Notes under the pieces: generated by a model
The model's input: only the letters and a program-made list of their open reading frames with translations
What the model was told of the DNA's origin: nothing
The model's database searches: none
Shown: in pieces, positions 31,227-41,100 of the stretch
Numbering within the stretch: the stretch's first letter is position 1
Layout of the letters: each line of letters opens with the position of its first letter
Assembly (NCBI GenBank): GCA_964462015.1
Contig: CAYWXI010000025.1
Coordinates: 3,329 to 67,328, forward strand
DNA from: an uncultured Bacteroidales bacterium
GTDB taxonomy: Bacteria > Bacteroidota > Bacteroidia > Bacteroidales > JAEINX01
DNA length: 64,000 nt
Direction of reading: 5' to 3'
Position numbers and translations under genes: made by a program

Positions 31227-31607
31227 TTAACAGAGGTATGTCTGTAATAAAGATAGTTTTGTTTGTGTGGCAGGCGACGGAGATTCAGCGAAATTGTTAA
31301 TTTCTATTTCAACAATGCCCGGTGTATCAAGAAAAATTGCAAACACCAACGGAAAAAGAATATCAAAGGATGCTATCCGTGTATTTTCAAATGATGCAGG
31401 ACTAACGATATCTTCTTTAAGCTGAAAATACTCCGTTTCATTATGACAACAATTTGAATTTCCCATATCGCCACAACACGGCTCTATTTCAGAATTTATT
31501 GCTACTTCAACTAAATGGGAACCACAATAATGTTTAGATACAGAAAAGCCGGTTGTTGCAATCAACAATAAAGTGGCTAAAATGATATGTCCTGTTTTTC
31601 TAAACAT
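31227..31607 (-). CDS. Small membrane-anchored Cys/His-rich protein (resembles the 'HYC_CC_PP'-type small proteins found next to Bacteroidota metal efflux genes)
   Basis: N-terminal TM GHIILATLLLIATTGF, then KHYCGSHLVEV...EPCCGDMGNSNCCHNE. Confidence 0.55.
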   Translation of the reverse strand: MFRKTGHIILATLLLIATTGFSVSKHYCGSHLVEVAINSEIEPCCGDMGNSNCCHNETEYFQLKEDIVSPASFENTRIASFDILFPLVFAIFLDTPGIVEIEINNFAESPSPATQTKLSLLQTYLC

Positions 31608-31678
31608 GCGACAAAGATAGTATCGTTATTTAGAATCGTTTTATATAATTTTGGAAAAGATTTATATTTTTTTTGGAT

Positions 31679-32251
31679 TTAGACTTTATCCAAAGGATTT
31701 CGTTTGTTTTTTTTCAGTTTTTTGAATTGAGAAGGCGAATAAGCTGTATTTTTCTTAAACTGGTTAGACAGATGCTGAACTGAACTATAACCCATCTGAT
31801 ATGATATTTCAGTTAATGAAAGTTCATCATAAGTTAATAGTTCTTTAACTTTTTCAATTTTTTGCAAAACAATATATTTTTCAATGGTTGTTCCTTCAAC
31901 TGATGAAAATAAATTACTTAGATAAGAATAATCATAAAATAACTCGCTGGCAATAAAATCTGAAATATTCATATTATTTGGAATTTCTTTTCCATGATGA
32001 ATTATTTCAATAATGAAAGTTTTTATTTTATCAATTATTTGATTTTTTTTATCATAAATAAGTTCAAAACCATTTTCAGTAAGAACTTTGTCAATCGTTT
32101 TAATTGTCTCAGTTTCAATTTGTCCTTTTAATTCTACATTACCTAATTCAATGTGATCAATAGTAAGTCCGATCTTTTTAATTTCATCTTCCACAGTTTT
32201 AATGCATCTGGGGCAAACCATGTTTTTGATATTCAAAATAGTATTATTCAT
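31679..32251 (-). CDS. AraC-family regulator with N-terminal HMA (CxxC) metal-binding domain
   Basis: IKNMVCPRCIKTVEDEIKKIG (HMA-like) plus C-terminal LSLTEISYQMGYSSVQHLSNQFKKNTAYSPSQFKK (AraC HTH). Confidence 0.8.
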   Translation of the reverse strand: MNNTILNIKNMVCPRCIKTVEDEIKKIGLTIDHIELGNVELKGQIETETIKTIDKVLTENGFELIYDKKNQIIDKIKTFIIEIIHHGKEIPNNMNISDFIASELFYDYSYLSNLFSSVEGTTIEKYIVLQKIEKVKELLTYDELSLTEISYQMGYSSVQHLSNQFKKNTAYSPSQFKKLKKNKRNPLDKV

Positions 32252-32631
32252 TTTACAAAGTTAAAAAATAGTGTTTATAAAAAGTAGCTAAATATTCAAA
32301 TCATCTTATGGACTTTATATTTTATCAAGTACCTTAAATCATCTGAAGTGAATTAGTGCAAAACAAAATTTCTTAGCAAATTTGAAACAGCTTATCCTTC
32401 AATATCATATGTATTTTCCATAAACATAGAAATCCATTCTGTATGTTAGCAGAAAACAAATATCCATTAATATCTAATAAAATAATCATGTATTATTCTG
32501 ATACAAAAAAATGTTCCATTTTGAAACATAGTGTCTATTAAATTATAATATCAGATTTTGTTTTTGATTGAGAAACAAACATATAGAAACTTTGGTATAA
32601 GAATTGAAACTATAATCTAAATTGAAAGTTT

Positions 32632-35022
32632 ATGTTTAGAAACTATATCATCACTGCCATTCGAAATCTATACAGGAACAATGTGTTCACATTTATTAAT
32701 ATTATCGGTTTGGCTATCGGCCTAACCAGTGCAATAGTCATTTTTTTATTGCTTGAGTTCGAGTTGAGTTTTGATAAACACCACAAAAAATCAAAAAATA
32801 TTTACAGGGTTCTTGATATCTATACACATAGTGGCGGGACTGATATAAGTGGCACCACATGTTATCCACTGGCAAAAGCCATACGTATGGAATTTCCGGA
32901 TATCCCTGCCACGTATATGTCGCATGAATCTCAACTTGATGTAAAAGTAAATGATAATGTTTATAATCAGGATAATATCGTTATTGCTGATTCATTATTT
33001 TTTAATTTCTTTGATTTTCAATGGATAAGCGGAAATGCAGAATATTCTTTTCAAAGTCCTGATGACGTAATCCTTACCCGCTCGGTTGCAGAAAAATATT
33101 TTCCACAACAGGACCCTATTGGCAAGATAATTCGTTTTGATGCAAAATATGATATGGTGATTAAAGGGATAATTGAGGACTCACCACCCAATTCAAGTAT
33201 TCCGCTTGAAATGATTATTTCGACGGGGATTTATGATAAAGGATTTCGAGGAGGTTTATATACATGGTACACAGCTATGTCAGGAATGTGTACTTTTATT
33301 CAATTGCCTGAAAGTGTATCTCCAGATGATTTTAGCAAGCAACTGAAACAACAAATTATAAATAAAAACTATCATAAAAGTGTTGCTGATTTACTTGATT
33401 ATGGTTTGCAGGCTTTTGAAAAATTGCATTTTGAAGCTGACTTTTCTAACATATACGATACATATACAACTGATCCTTTGTTTATTTGGATATTCATTTT
33501 GATCGGTTTTTTTATTTTGGTCATTGCCAGCATAAACTACGTTAACCTTTCTACAGCCCAGTCTTTAAAAAGAACAAAAGAAATAGGAATCAGGAAAGTA
33601 AGTGGTGCCAAAAGAAGCCAGATTTTTAAACAATTCATTTTTGAAACTTTCATTATTACTTTTATTGCTATGATTATTTCATTGATTATTGCTGAGATAT
33701 TCCTTCCATATTTAAATGAATTTATCGGTTATAATGTTAATCTGAGCATTTATAATAGCAAAGCTGTAATGATTTTTCTTGTTTGTATATTATTGTTTAC
33801 AACCTTGTTGTCAGGAGCATATCCTGCTGTTTATCTTTCAGGTTTCAGGCCTATCCTTGCTATCCACAATAATATCAACGGATTGCGATCCGGTCTGCTT
33901 AATCTACGTAGTTTGCTTGTTATCGTTCAGTTTTTTATTTCAACAGTATTAATTGTATGTACCATTGTTATGATCAATCAAATGCATTATTTTAAAAACA
34001 AAGATTTAGGATTTGATAAATCTGATATTGTAGTTTTTACAATTCCTGATTCAGGATCAGAAAATATAGATGCTATCAGGCAAAAAGTATTATCAATACC
34101 CGGAATAATAAAATACTCGTTTAGCATTGGTTCACCAACATCTGATGATTCAAGAAAGTCTGATATTACTTCACGTGAGCTGGAAAATTCAGATCGCTTC
34201 ATGGTAAACATGAAGTTAGCTGACACAAATTACATTGACATGTTTAATCTTAAATTATTGGCTGGAAAACCTCATAGTATTCCTTTGAGTGATTCATCAT
34301 TTCCGATAGTTGTCAATGAAAAACTAATTCATTACCTGGGTATTGGTAACCCTGAAGAAGCATTAGGGCATCGCATCGGAGCAGGTATTTTTAAAGGGTA
34401 TGTGTGTGGTGTTGTAAAAGATTTCCATGTGGCAAGTTTACAAAATCCTATCGGGCCGGTCGCAATTTTTTATGAGCCACAAGGCTTTTCAAGGCTCTTG
34501 CTTAAAGTACATCCGGAGCAAAAAGCTGAAGTTATCAATAAAATTGAGAAGGAATGGAATATAGTTTTTCCAGATTTCACCTGCGATTATTTCACTCTTG
34601 AGGAATCATTGGGTCAATTTTATGACGAAGAAAACAAAACAAAAACCATGATTCAGTTTTTTATGTACCTTGCTATAATTATAGCTTGCCTTGGATTATT
34701 CGGTATGGTTTCGTTTATGGTGGTCAGGAAAACCAAAGAAATAGGTATAAGGAAAGTACTTGGTGCAAATGTGAGCGAGATTGTTTTATTGATCTCAAAG
34801 GATTTTTTCATTCTAATTATCATTGCCAATCTGCTTGCCATTCCTGTTGCATGGTATATAATGAACAGGTGGCTTGAACAATTCACTTTCAGAGTTTCAA
34901 TCAATTGGTGGGTCTTTGTAATTGCTGTTCTTGGTTCGCTACTGATTATTTTTGTTACCATATGTTATCAGGCAATAAAAGCCGGCATAAGCAATCCTGT
35001 TGATGCTATTAGGCACGAATAA
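32632..35022 (+). CDS. FtsX/MacB-like ABC transporter permease (two FtsX domains), no adjacent ATPase
   Basis: 796 aa. Two copies of the motif [RK]TKEIGIRKV[SL]GA followed by three TM helices each. The N-terminus MFRNYIITAIRNLYRNNVFTFINIIGLAIG is typical of this family. Confidence 0.85.
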   Translation: MFRNYIITAIRNLYRNNVFTFINIIGLAIGLTSAIVIFLLLEFELSFDKHHKKSKNIYRVLDIYTHSGGTDISGTTCYPLAKAIRMEFPDIPATYMSHESQLDVKVNDNVYNQDNIVIADSLFFNFFDFQWISGNAEYSFQSPDDVILTRSVAEKYFPQQDPIGKIIRFDAKYDMVIKGIIEDSPPNSSIPLEMIISTGIYDKGFRGGLYTWYTAMSGMCTFIQLPESVSPDDFSKQLKQQIINKNYHKSVADLLDYGLQAFEKLHFEADFSNIYDTYTTDPLFIWIFILIGFFILVIASINYVNLSTAQSLKRTKEIGIRKVSGAKRSQIFKQFIFETFIITFIAMIISLIIAEIFLPYLNEFIGYNVNLSIYNSKAVMIFLVCILLFTTLLSGAYPAVYLSGFRPILAIHNNINGLRSGLLNLRSLLVIVQFFISTVLIVCTIVMINQMHYFKNKDLGFDKSDIVVFTIPDSGSENIDAIRQKVLSIPGIIKYSFSIGSPTSDDSRKSDITSRELENSDRFMVNMKLADTNYIDMFNLKLLAGKPHSIPLSDSSFPIVVNEKLIHYLGIGNPEEALGHRIGAGIFKGYVCGVVKDFHVASLQNPIGPVAIFYEPQGFSRLLLKVHPEQKAEVINKIEKEWNIVFPDFTCDYFTLEESLGQFYDEENKTKTMIQFFMYLAIIIACLGLFGMVSFMVVRKTKEIGIRKVLGANVSEIVLLISKDFFILIIIANLLAIPVAWYIMNRWLEQFTFRVSINWWVFVIAVLGSLLIIFVTICYQAIKAGISNPVDAIRHE

Positions 35023-35207
35023 AGATAATTATAAGCTATTCAACCAACTAAGAATAATTGTCTATTGGATCTATTATTTTTCAATGATATTATAATAAAT
35101 AATTTATTCTCATTTCTTGAGAAATTTGAAGAATTATGGAACTCTCTATATTTTTTTTGTATTTTAGTTGCAGATTTTTTGCTCAATATATAGTATAAAA
35201 AATACAA

Positions 35208-38200
35208 ATGGGTCAAACGCATATTAAACGAGTTTTACTTTTTCTTTTTCTGTTTCTATTTCTTTTTTTTGAATTACATGCAGTAATTGATTACGAATTT
35301 CAAATTGATAAAAGGATAATCCTGCAAGAGGGTTTGAGTCAAAGCAGGATACTTTCGGTACTTGAAGATGAAAGAGGCTTTATGTGGTTTGGAACTGCTG
35401 ATGGGCTTAACAGATATGATGGATATACATTCAAAATATTCAGAAACATATTTAACGACAGTACCTCGTTACCAAACAATGTGATTAATTCAATGGTTGA
35501 AGATAATGATGGCAATATTTGGATCGGCACTAATAATGGAGTTGTAATATTTAATCCTTATTTGGAAACTTTCAAATCATTGAGAGAAACCGACTCAACT
35601 GCAATTGCTTTTGGGGCCAATTTAATCAGTTCTTGCGTAATCGACAAACAAAATAATATTTGGTGTAGTACACAAGGATATGGAATTTTCAAAGTCAATC
35701 ATAAAACTCTTGAACAAGAAGTTTTTTTGTTAAATGAAGCCGACTCTCTCCAATTATTGAACATTAATAATCTTTATATCGACAGCTTTAACAGGCTTTG
35801 GATCGGCGGTTTAACAAACAATACAGTATTTGCGTTAAATGTTTATAATGGTAAACTTGAAAAATATCATATTAAAGGTTTCGCAGATACTGACCACATG
35901 AGCATTATTATTTCTTCATTTTTTGAAGACAATGACAATAGGATATGGATGAGTTGCAATGACTTTGACGAAAAAAAAGGAGGTGTGTTTTTTCTCGACA
36001 ATGGCCAAACATCTTTCAACAGTTATTGGCAATTTGTTTCAAAAAAGTTCCATAACTCTTTCTTTTATTTTTTTTGTAGAATTACTTCAATTACCGGTGA
36101 TGATGCAGGTAATATTTGGGCTGCAAGTCATCATGGCGGAGTATTTAAAATCAGATTTGGTAATACACCAATTGCATACTTTAATCAATATCTCATTAAA
36201 CATGTAGGAGTTAATTGTATTTTTTGGGACAGCAGAGATATGATATGGATTGGTACTAATGGATACGGTATCGAATTATCAATACCCGACAAAACTAATT
36301 TTAAACTCATGAGCAACAAACTCAATAGTGATTTTTCGATTGAAAGTATTAGGACATTCGCTGAAGATGACAATTATTATTGGGTAGGCGGTTATTACGG
36401 TTTATCAAAAATAAAAAAAGATTTCAGCGAGGTAAATACATTTCACTATGCTAGCGTTTACGCAATTGCCAATTGCACTAATAATTCAAATCTAATGTGG
36501 ACCGGATCCGAAGGTGGAGGACTAATGCCGTTAAACAAAACGAACAATACATTATCAAACATCAAATTTACTCCCTGTGAAGTCAATCCAAATTTATTAG
36601 ATTATATATTCGTAATCTATCCTGTTAATGATACACTCCTGCTATTAGGTACACAGGATGGACTTTTTGGTTTTAATCCTGTTTCAAAAACCATTACTTC
36701 CTACACTTATTTCAGTTCAACATCAAACAAACTAATTCTCAAAACTGTTAGAACAATTTACGAGGACAGGTTTGGCAATATATTAATTGGTTTTGTACAG
36801 GGAGGTATTGGGAAATTGGTGCTTAGAAATAAAAGAGTTGAGAAGTTTGGTATTTTACCGGATTTACAAGCTTTTAATGATTACAATCCCGTAAATTGTA
36901 TTTACAATGATAAAGAAAACAGATATTGGATCGCTACAAGCAACGGCCTTTTTATGTATGATACAGGAAACGAAAAAACCAAGCTTTTTACTGAAGCAGA
37001 CGGCTTGCCAAACAGCCATATTTATGCTATTCTGCCCGATGATGAAGATAACCTATGGTTAAGTACAAATAATGGAATATCATGTTATTATCCGAGAGAA
37101 GGAATTTTCAGGAATTATGATGTGAGTGACGGTCTTCAAAATAATGAATTTAATACCGGAGCATACTTTAAAGCATCCGACAGCACTTTGTTTTTTGGCG
37201 GAATTAACGGATTTAATTATTTCAATCCAAAAAAAATTAAACAAAACAGTATAGTTCCGGAATTAGTTATTATAGGAATTAAAATCTCAAACCGATATCT
37301 TAAAATTAGCAAGAAAGAACTTTCACAACATTCACTTACAATTCAACCCGATCAGGAAATATTTACAATTGAATTTGCCGGTTTAAGTTTTATAAACAGT
37401 TATAAAAACCAATATAAATATAAAATCAGGGAGTTAAATCAGGAATGGATTCAGCTTGACAATCAAAACCATATAACTTTCAATAACATGTCACCCGGCA
37501 CATATACATTGGAGATAATGGCAGCAAACAATCACGGTTTATGGTTAAAAAAGCCTTATACTTTTACAATAATAGTTTTACCAACATTTTTTGAATCAGT
37601 ATATTTTAAATGGATTATTGTCGTTTTTACAATACTTCTTATTATAGCGGGATACAAAATCAGGTTAAGGCAAATAACAAAACAAAAAGACAGATTGCAA
37701 ATATTTGCTGATAAACAAACTGCCAACCTGCTTACTGCAAACAAAACACTTAAAGATGAAATACTTAAACATAAGGCCACTGCTGACGAGTTGAATTTAT
37801 CAAATAAAACTAAAGACAAATTCCTATCGATAATGGCCCACGACATTATTAATCCTTTAGGCGTTATTCATGGTTTTTCCGATCTGCTTGCCGAAAAAAG
37901 TAATAAATTTGATGAAAAAGAGAGACTTTCTTTCATTCAGACAATAAATCTTATAGCTAAGGAACTGACATTATTAATAACAAACTTATTACAGTGGTCG
38001 AATCTTCAAAGTGATTCAATAACACCAAAGCCAAAGGCAATTATCCTAAAAGACACTGTTTTAGAAACTGCAACACTTTTACAGGGAAACATTGAAAAAA
38101 AAGAAATTAATTTAACAATAAATATTGATAAGAAAACAAAAATAACGGCTGATGAGAACATGCTTTCAATGATTTTACGTAATCTGTTATCAAATGCCAT

Positions 38201-38492
38201 AAAGTTTACGCCGGCTAAAGGTCTAATTCGTATTGAGTCGAAAACAATTAACGGTATGGTACAGGTAAACATCACCGATACAGGAGTTGGAATACCGGAA
38301 GAAACTCTAAATAAGCTTTTTAATCCTGATGAAAATATTACAACAAAGGGCACTGATAATGAATCTGGAACAGGATTAGGTTTAAACCTTGTTTATGAAT
38401 TTGTCAATATGAGTGGTGGTAAAATATGGGTAAATAGTGAGGTTGGAAAAGGTACTACCTTTTATTTTACTTTACCTGTTTTTGATTTGTAA
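35208..38492 (+). CDS. Sensor histidine kinase with periplasmic two-component-regulator propeller and Y_Y_Y domains
   Basis: Repeated DGL..N.V..I.ED..GNIWIGT propeller motifs. YKYKIRELNQEW...GTYTLEIMAANNHGLW (Y_Y_Y). One TM. HisKA FLSIMAHDIINPL. HATPase NLLSNAIKFT and GTGLGLNLV. No receiver or HTH domain. Confidence 0.85.
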   Translation: MGQTHIKRVLLFLFLFLFLFFELHAVIDYEFQIDKRIILQEGLSQSRILSVLEDERGFMWFGTADGLNRYDGYTFKIFRNIFNDSTSLPNNVINSMVEDNDGNIWIGTNNGVVIFNPYLETFKSLRETDSTAIAFGANLISSCVIDKQNNIWCSTQGYGIFKVNHKTLEQEVFLLNEADSLQLLNINNLYIDSFNRLWIGGLTNNTVFALNVYNGKLEKYHIKGFADTDHMSIIISSFFEDNDNRIWMSCNDFDEKKGGVFFLDNGQTSFNSYWQFVSKKFHNSFFYFFCRITSITGDDAGNIWAASHHGGVFKIRFGNTPIAYFNQYLIKHVGVNCIFWDSRDMIWIGTNGYGIELSIPDKTNFKLMSNKLNSDFSIESIRTFAEDDNYYWVGGYYGLSKIKKDFSEVNTFHYASVYAIANCTNNSNLMWTGSEGGGLMPLNKTNNTLSNIKFTPCEVNPNLLDYIFVIYPVNDTLLLLGTQDGLFGFNPVSKTITSYTYFSSTSNKLILKTVRTIYEDRFGNILIGFVQGGIGKLVLRNKRVEKFGILPDLQAFNDYNPVNCIYNDKENRYWIATSNGLFMYDTGNEKTKLFTEADGLPNSHIYAILPDDEDNLWLSTNNGISCYYPREGIFRNYDVSDGLQNNEFNTGAYFKASDSTLFFGGINGFNYFNPKKIKQNSIVPELVIIGIKISNRYLKISKKELSQHSLTIQPDQEIFTIEFAGLSFINSYKNQYKYKIRELNQEWIQLDNQNHITFNNMSPGTYTLEIMAANNHGLWLKKPYTFTIIVLPTFFESVYFKWIIVVFTILLIIAGYKIRLRQITKQKDRLQIFADKQTANLLTANKTLKDEILKHKATADELNLSNKTKDKFLSIMAHDIINPLGVIHGFSDLLAEKSNKFDEKERLSFIQTINLIAKELTLLITNLLQWSNLQSDSITPKPKAIILKDTVLETATLLQGNIEKKEINLTINIDKKTKITADENMLSMILRNLLSNAIKFTPAKGLIRIESKTINGMVQVNITDTGVGIPEETLNKLFNPDENITTKGTDNESGTGLGLNLVYEFVNMSGGKIWVNSEVGKGTTFYFTLPVFDL

Positions 38493-38537
38493 TAAATTCT
38501 GATTTTTCAATAATATAGCGATTTAGAATTTTAACAA

Positions 38538-40364
38538 TTACTCTCTTATACAACGCACTGAATACCCGTATGTTTTATTATAACTTGCCTGGTAAAAATT
38601 TATATAATCATAAACTAAATTACCATACAAAGCGAAATTATCACTCGTTTCGCTTGATGACCAAAAACGACAACTTGCACTCAAATAATAGAAGTATCCG
38701 TTTGTAATATGTCCTCCGGGAAGGCCCGTAAAACCACTTGAATTTGTTGCTCCTGTATTTGGTGGATTCCAATGAATTGTTCCTTCTTCTTTCATTTTAC
38801 CACCTGCAACAGCATTTCCTCCAAGAAAATCGCCAAGTGTTGCCAAATCTTCATCCGTAGGAATATACCAACCAATTGGGCAGATTCCCTTTGATTCCGG
38901 CATTGTTGAATATTCCATCAATTCATCCCATTGATATAAACCTCCATACTCATCGCAGTTTGTCGGATCATCATCATAACAATATTTTTCAATTTCACCA
39001 TTATTTGACGGATCAATACTGCTGGCAATCATTATTCCGATATTTAAGTTTTCTGCCATCCAGCATTGTCCTCCTATCTGAACAGTATTGTAAACCTGTC
39101 CGTTACGAGAATCTGTAAATAGCTGACCACAAGGAAAAGTTGCAGGATATATTAAAACATCATTTGAATTCATTTTAATAAGATATGCCTGGCAGGGGAT
39201 AGAGTTTCCAATTCCGTTAACCCAGTTCGGCCCGATTTTTTGCAAAATATTTCCCTCAGAATTTCTGATATATAATAATTCATCTCCAATTATAGAAGCA
39301 AAAGCATCCATCGCATCCATTTCATAAACCGGTAAATAACTTACAAATTGATAACCTTCATGCAAATTAACAGGAGTTGTTGGAGAAATTATTTCACCAG
39401 TAATTGAAAATTGGCCGGTTCCGTTATATTTCACCAAATATCCTTCAGTTTCTATCCAATCACCAATTCCATTGATCCAGTTTGGCCCTATTTTTCTTAA
39501 CATAAAGCCATCCGAATTTCTGATAAAGAGTAAATCGTCTGTTAAAATTTCTGAGACCACCTCCATCATATCCGGATTTTCAAGAAAAATTTGTGAGGAA
39601 ATGAATTGATAACCGGTTTCAATATAATAAGTTTGAGTAAAAATAATCGGCTCTAAATCAAAATCAACAATAATAGTTTCTTCTGAAATTACCTGCTGTG
39701 CAAACTTAGTTTGTGGATAAAATCTATTTGCATTTACAGTAATATTATAAGTTATGGGTTGTAAGCCTTCAATTAAATATGTTCCATCGCTTGAAGTAAC
39801 TGTTTGATAAATTGCACCGTCTATTTTCACTTCTGCTCCAACAATTAACTCATTTGATAAAGCACTTCTAACCGTACCTGAGATTGCACCTGCCGGCAAA
39901 ATAGGAAAATTCAATTGAATCACACTGTATTCACCATCATCAGGAGGAAATATATTTTGTGTCCAGGCATCTCCATAGGGGTTGGAATATATCACTTCAA
40001 ATATTATATATTCAATTTGCTCGCTTTCATCCCAGCCTTTAAAAGATACCGGATTTCCCGGTGTCCATCCTGGCATTGAAATAAGATCACCCCAAGCAGA
40101 TAAATCGTTTTCAAATTGATTATCCGGAGTACAAACCTGATCTAAGGTAAAAACGCCTACCATAGTTTCTCCATCAAATATTGCAATTTCATCTCCTGAT
40201 TCCATATCAATATTATTTATGGTTGCTCCACCTATATATAATGTCCATAGAGGAGCACGACCACCTAAGAAATTAAAATGGCCTGTTTTCACTTGCGGCA
40301 AAGCATCAATTGATGATAAAAGAAGAATTATCATCATAAACGAGATTGTGTAAAGATTTTTCAT
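38538..40364 (-). CDS. Secreted FISUMP lectin-like protein, paralog 1 (signal - N-module - CarboxypepD_reg-like - R1-R2 - FISUMP)
   Basis: Start moved to MKNLYTISFMMIILLLSSIDALPQ by homology with paralogs 2-3. GHFNFLGG...GDEIAIFDGETMVG; LLFIRNSDGFMLRKIGPNWINGIGDW; LLYIRNSEGNILQKIGPNWVNGIGNS; [26 protein letters not shown]...GLYQWDE...FWSSSE...GYSVRCIRE. Confidence 0.85.
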   Translation of the reverse strand: MKNLYTISFMMIILLLSSIDALPQVKTGHFNFLGGRAPLWTLYIGGATINNIDMESGDEIAIFDGETMVGVFTLDQVCTPDNQFENDLSAWGDLISMPGWTPGNPVSFKGWDESEQIEYIIFEVIYSNPYGDAWTQNIFPPDDGEYSVIQLNFPILPAGAISGTVRSALSNELIVGAEVKIDGAIYQTVTSSDGTYLIEGLQPITYNITVNANRFYPQTKFAQQVISEETIIVDFDLEPIIFTQTYYIETGYQFISSQIFLENPDMMEVVSEILTDDLLFIRNSDGFMLRKIGPNWINGIGDWIETEGYLVKYNGTGQFSITGEIISPTTPVNLHEGYQFVSYLPVYEMDAMDAFASIIGDELLYIRNSEGNILQKIGPNWVNGIGNSIPCQAYLIKMNSNDVLIYPATFPCGQLFTDSRNGQVYNTVQIGGQCWMAENLNIGIMIASSIDPSNNGEIEKYCYDDDPTNCDEYGGLYQWDELMEYSTMPESKGICPIGWYIPTDEDLATLGDFLGGNAVAGGKMKEEGTIHWNPPNTGATNSSGFTGLPGGHITNGYFYYLSASCRFWSSSETSDNFALYGNLVYDYINFYQASYNKTYGYSVRCIRE

Positions 40365-40380
40365 AATAATATGTTTTTGA

Positions 40381-40431
40381 GAAATTGGAATAAGAAATTC
40401 AGGAGGGTCCAAATTTCTAATTCCCAATTTC
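40381..40431 (-). promoter_or_regulatory. Imperfect ~20-bp-arm palindrome in the leader of paralog 1
   Basis: gaaattggaataagaaatt - caggagggtcc - aaatttctaattcccaatttc, starting 17 nt upstream of the start codon. Confidence 0.5.
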
Positions 40432-40442
40432 ATTCTATAACC

Positions 40443-40482
40443 TTTACAAATATAGTAATTTATTTAACAGAATAAAAGATAT
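40443..40482 (-). promoter_or_regulatory. Conserved promoter-like block with Bacteroidota -7 motif (TATATTTG on the minus strand), paralog 1
   Basis: tttacaaatatagtaatttatttaacagaataaaagatat closely matches 51490-51528. The reverse complement of caaatata (40447-40454) is TATATTTG, which fits TAnnTTTG. Confidence 0.5.
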
Positions 40483-40565
40483 TTTAGAGTAATTAAAAAG
40501 TTTGTAAGAATTATTACTGACTTTAAGATAAAATTCAAAACAAAAATTTCTCAGAATAGATTAAA

Positions 40566-40600
40566 TGTATATTTTTGCATCCAAAATGTATAAATATGCA
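40566..40600 (+). promoter_or_regulatory. Two ARG-box-like sites 21 bp apart, overlapping the argR start
   Basis: TGTATATTTTTGCA (40566-40579) and TGTATAAATATGCA (40587-40600), compared with the E. coli core TGAAT-WWWW-ATTCA. The 21-bp centre spacing matches tandem ARG boxes. Confidence 0.35.
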
Positions 40601-41069
40601 CATCAAAGCAGATCGTTTATTACAAATCAAAGAAATAATTAGTAAACAAAATATATCAAAGCAAGAAGATTTACTTAACATTCTACACAGCAAAGATTTT
40701 CATGTTACACAAGCCACAGTATCCCGCGATTTGAAAGAGCTTAACATTGGAACAAAACACGATAATAATTTTGGTCATATATATTTCATACCGGAAGAAG
40801 ACAATTTAATTAAGCAAAATACACTTTCTGAATTAGATGGAATTGTTTCACTGGAATTAGCAAATAATTTAGCTGTTTTAAAAACATTACCAGGTTTTGC
40901 TAATAGTGTCGCCGCTATTATTGATTCTAAAAAAATTGAAACTATTATAGGAACGGTTGCAGGCAATGATACAATACTAATAATAATTAACGAAAAAACA
41001 AAGAAGAAAGAATTTATTAATTCCATATATAAAGAATTTTCCAATATTGTTAAAATCTTAAAACCTTAA
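40596..41069 (+). CDS. argR: Arginine repressor ArgR
   Basis: ISKQEDLLNILHSKDFHVTQATVSRDLKEL (winged helix) and IIGTVAGNDTILIII (oligomerisation/Arg-binding domain). Start placed at the second Met (MHIKADRLLQIKE). Confidence 0.8.
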   Translation: MHIKADRLLQIKEIISKQNISKQEDLLNILHSKDFHVTQATVSRDLKELNIGTKHDNNFGHIYFIPEEDNLIKQNTLSELDGIVSLELANNLAVLKTLPGFANSVAAIIDSKKIETIIGTVAGNDTILIIINEKTKKKEFINSIYKEFSNIVKILKP

Positions 41070-41100
41070 TTTTCTATGGTTTTTTCGTGATATAATACAA

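Noticed and set aside
40365-40433. N-terminal 23-aa extension of paralog 1 in the ORF track (MKLGIRNLDPPEFLIPISQKHII).
   Set aside because: It is encoded by the leader palindrome, has no counterpart in paralogs 2-4, and precedes a perfectly good family-type start (MKNLYTISFMM...). It is treated as non-coding.
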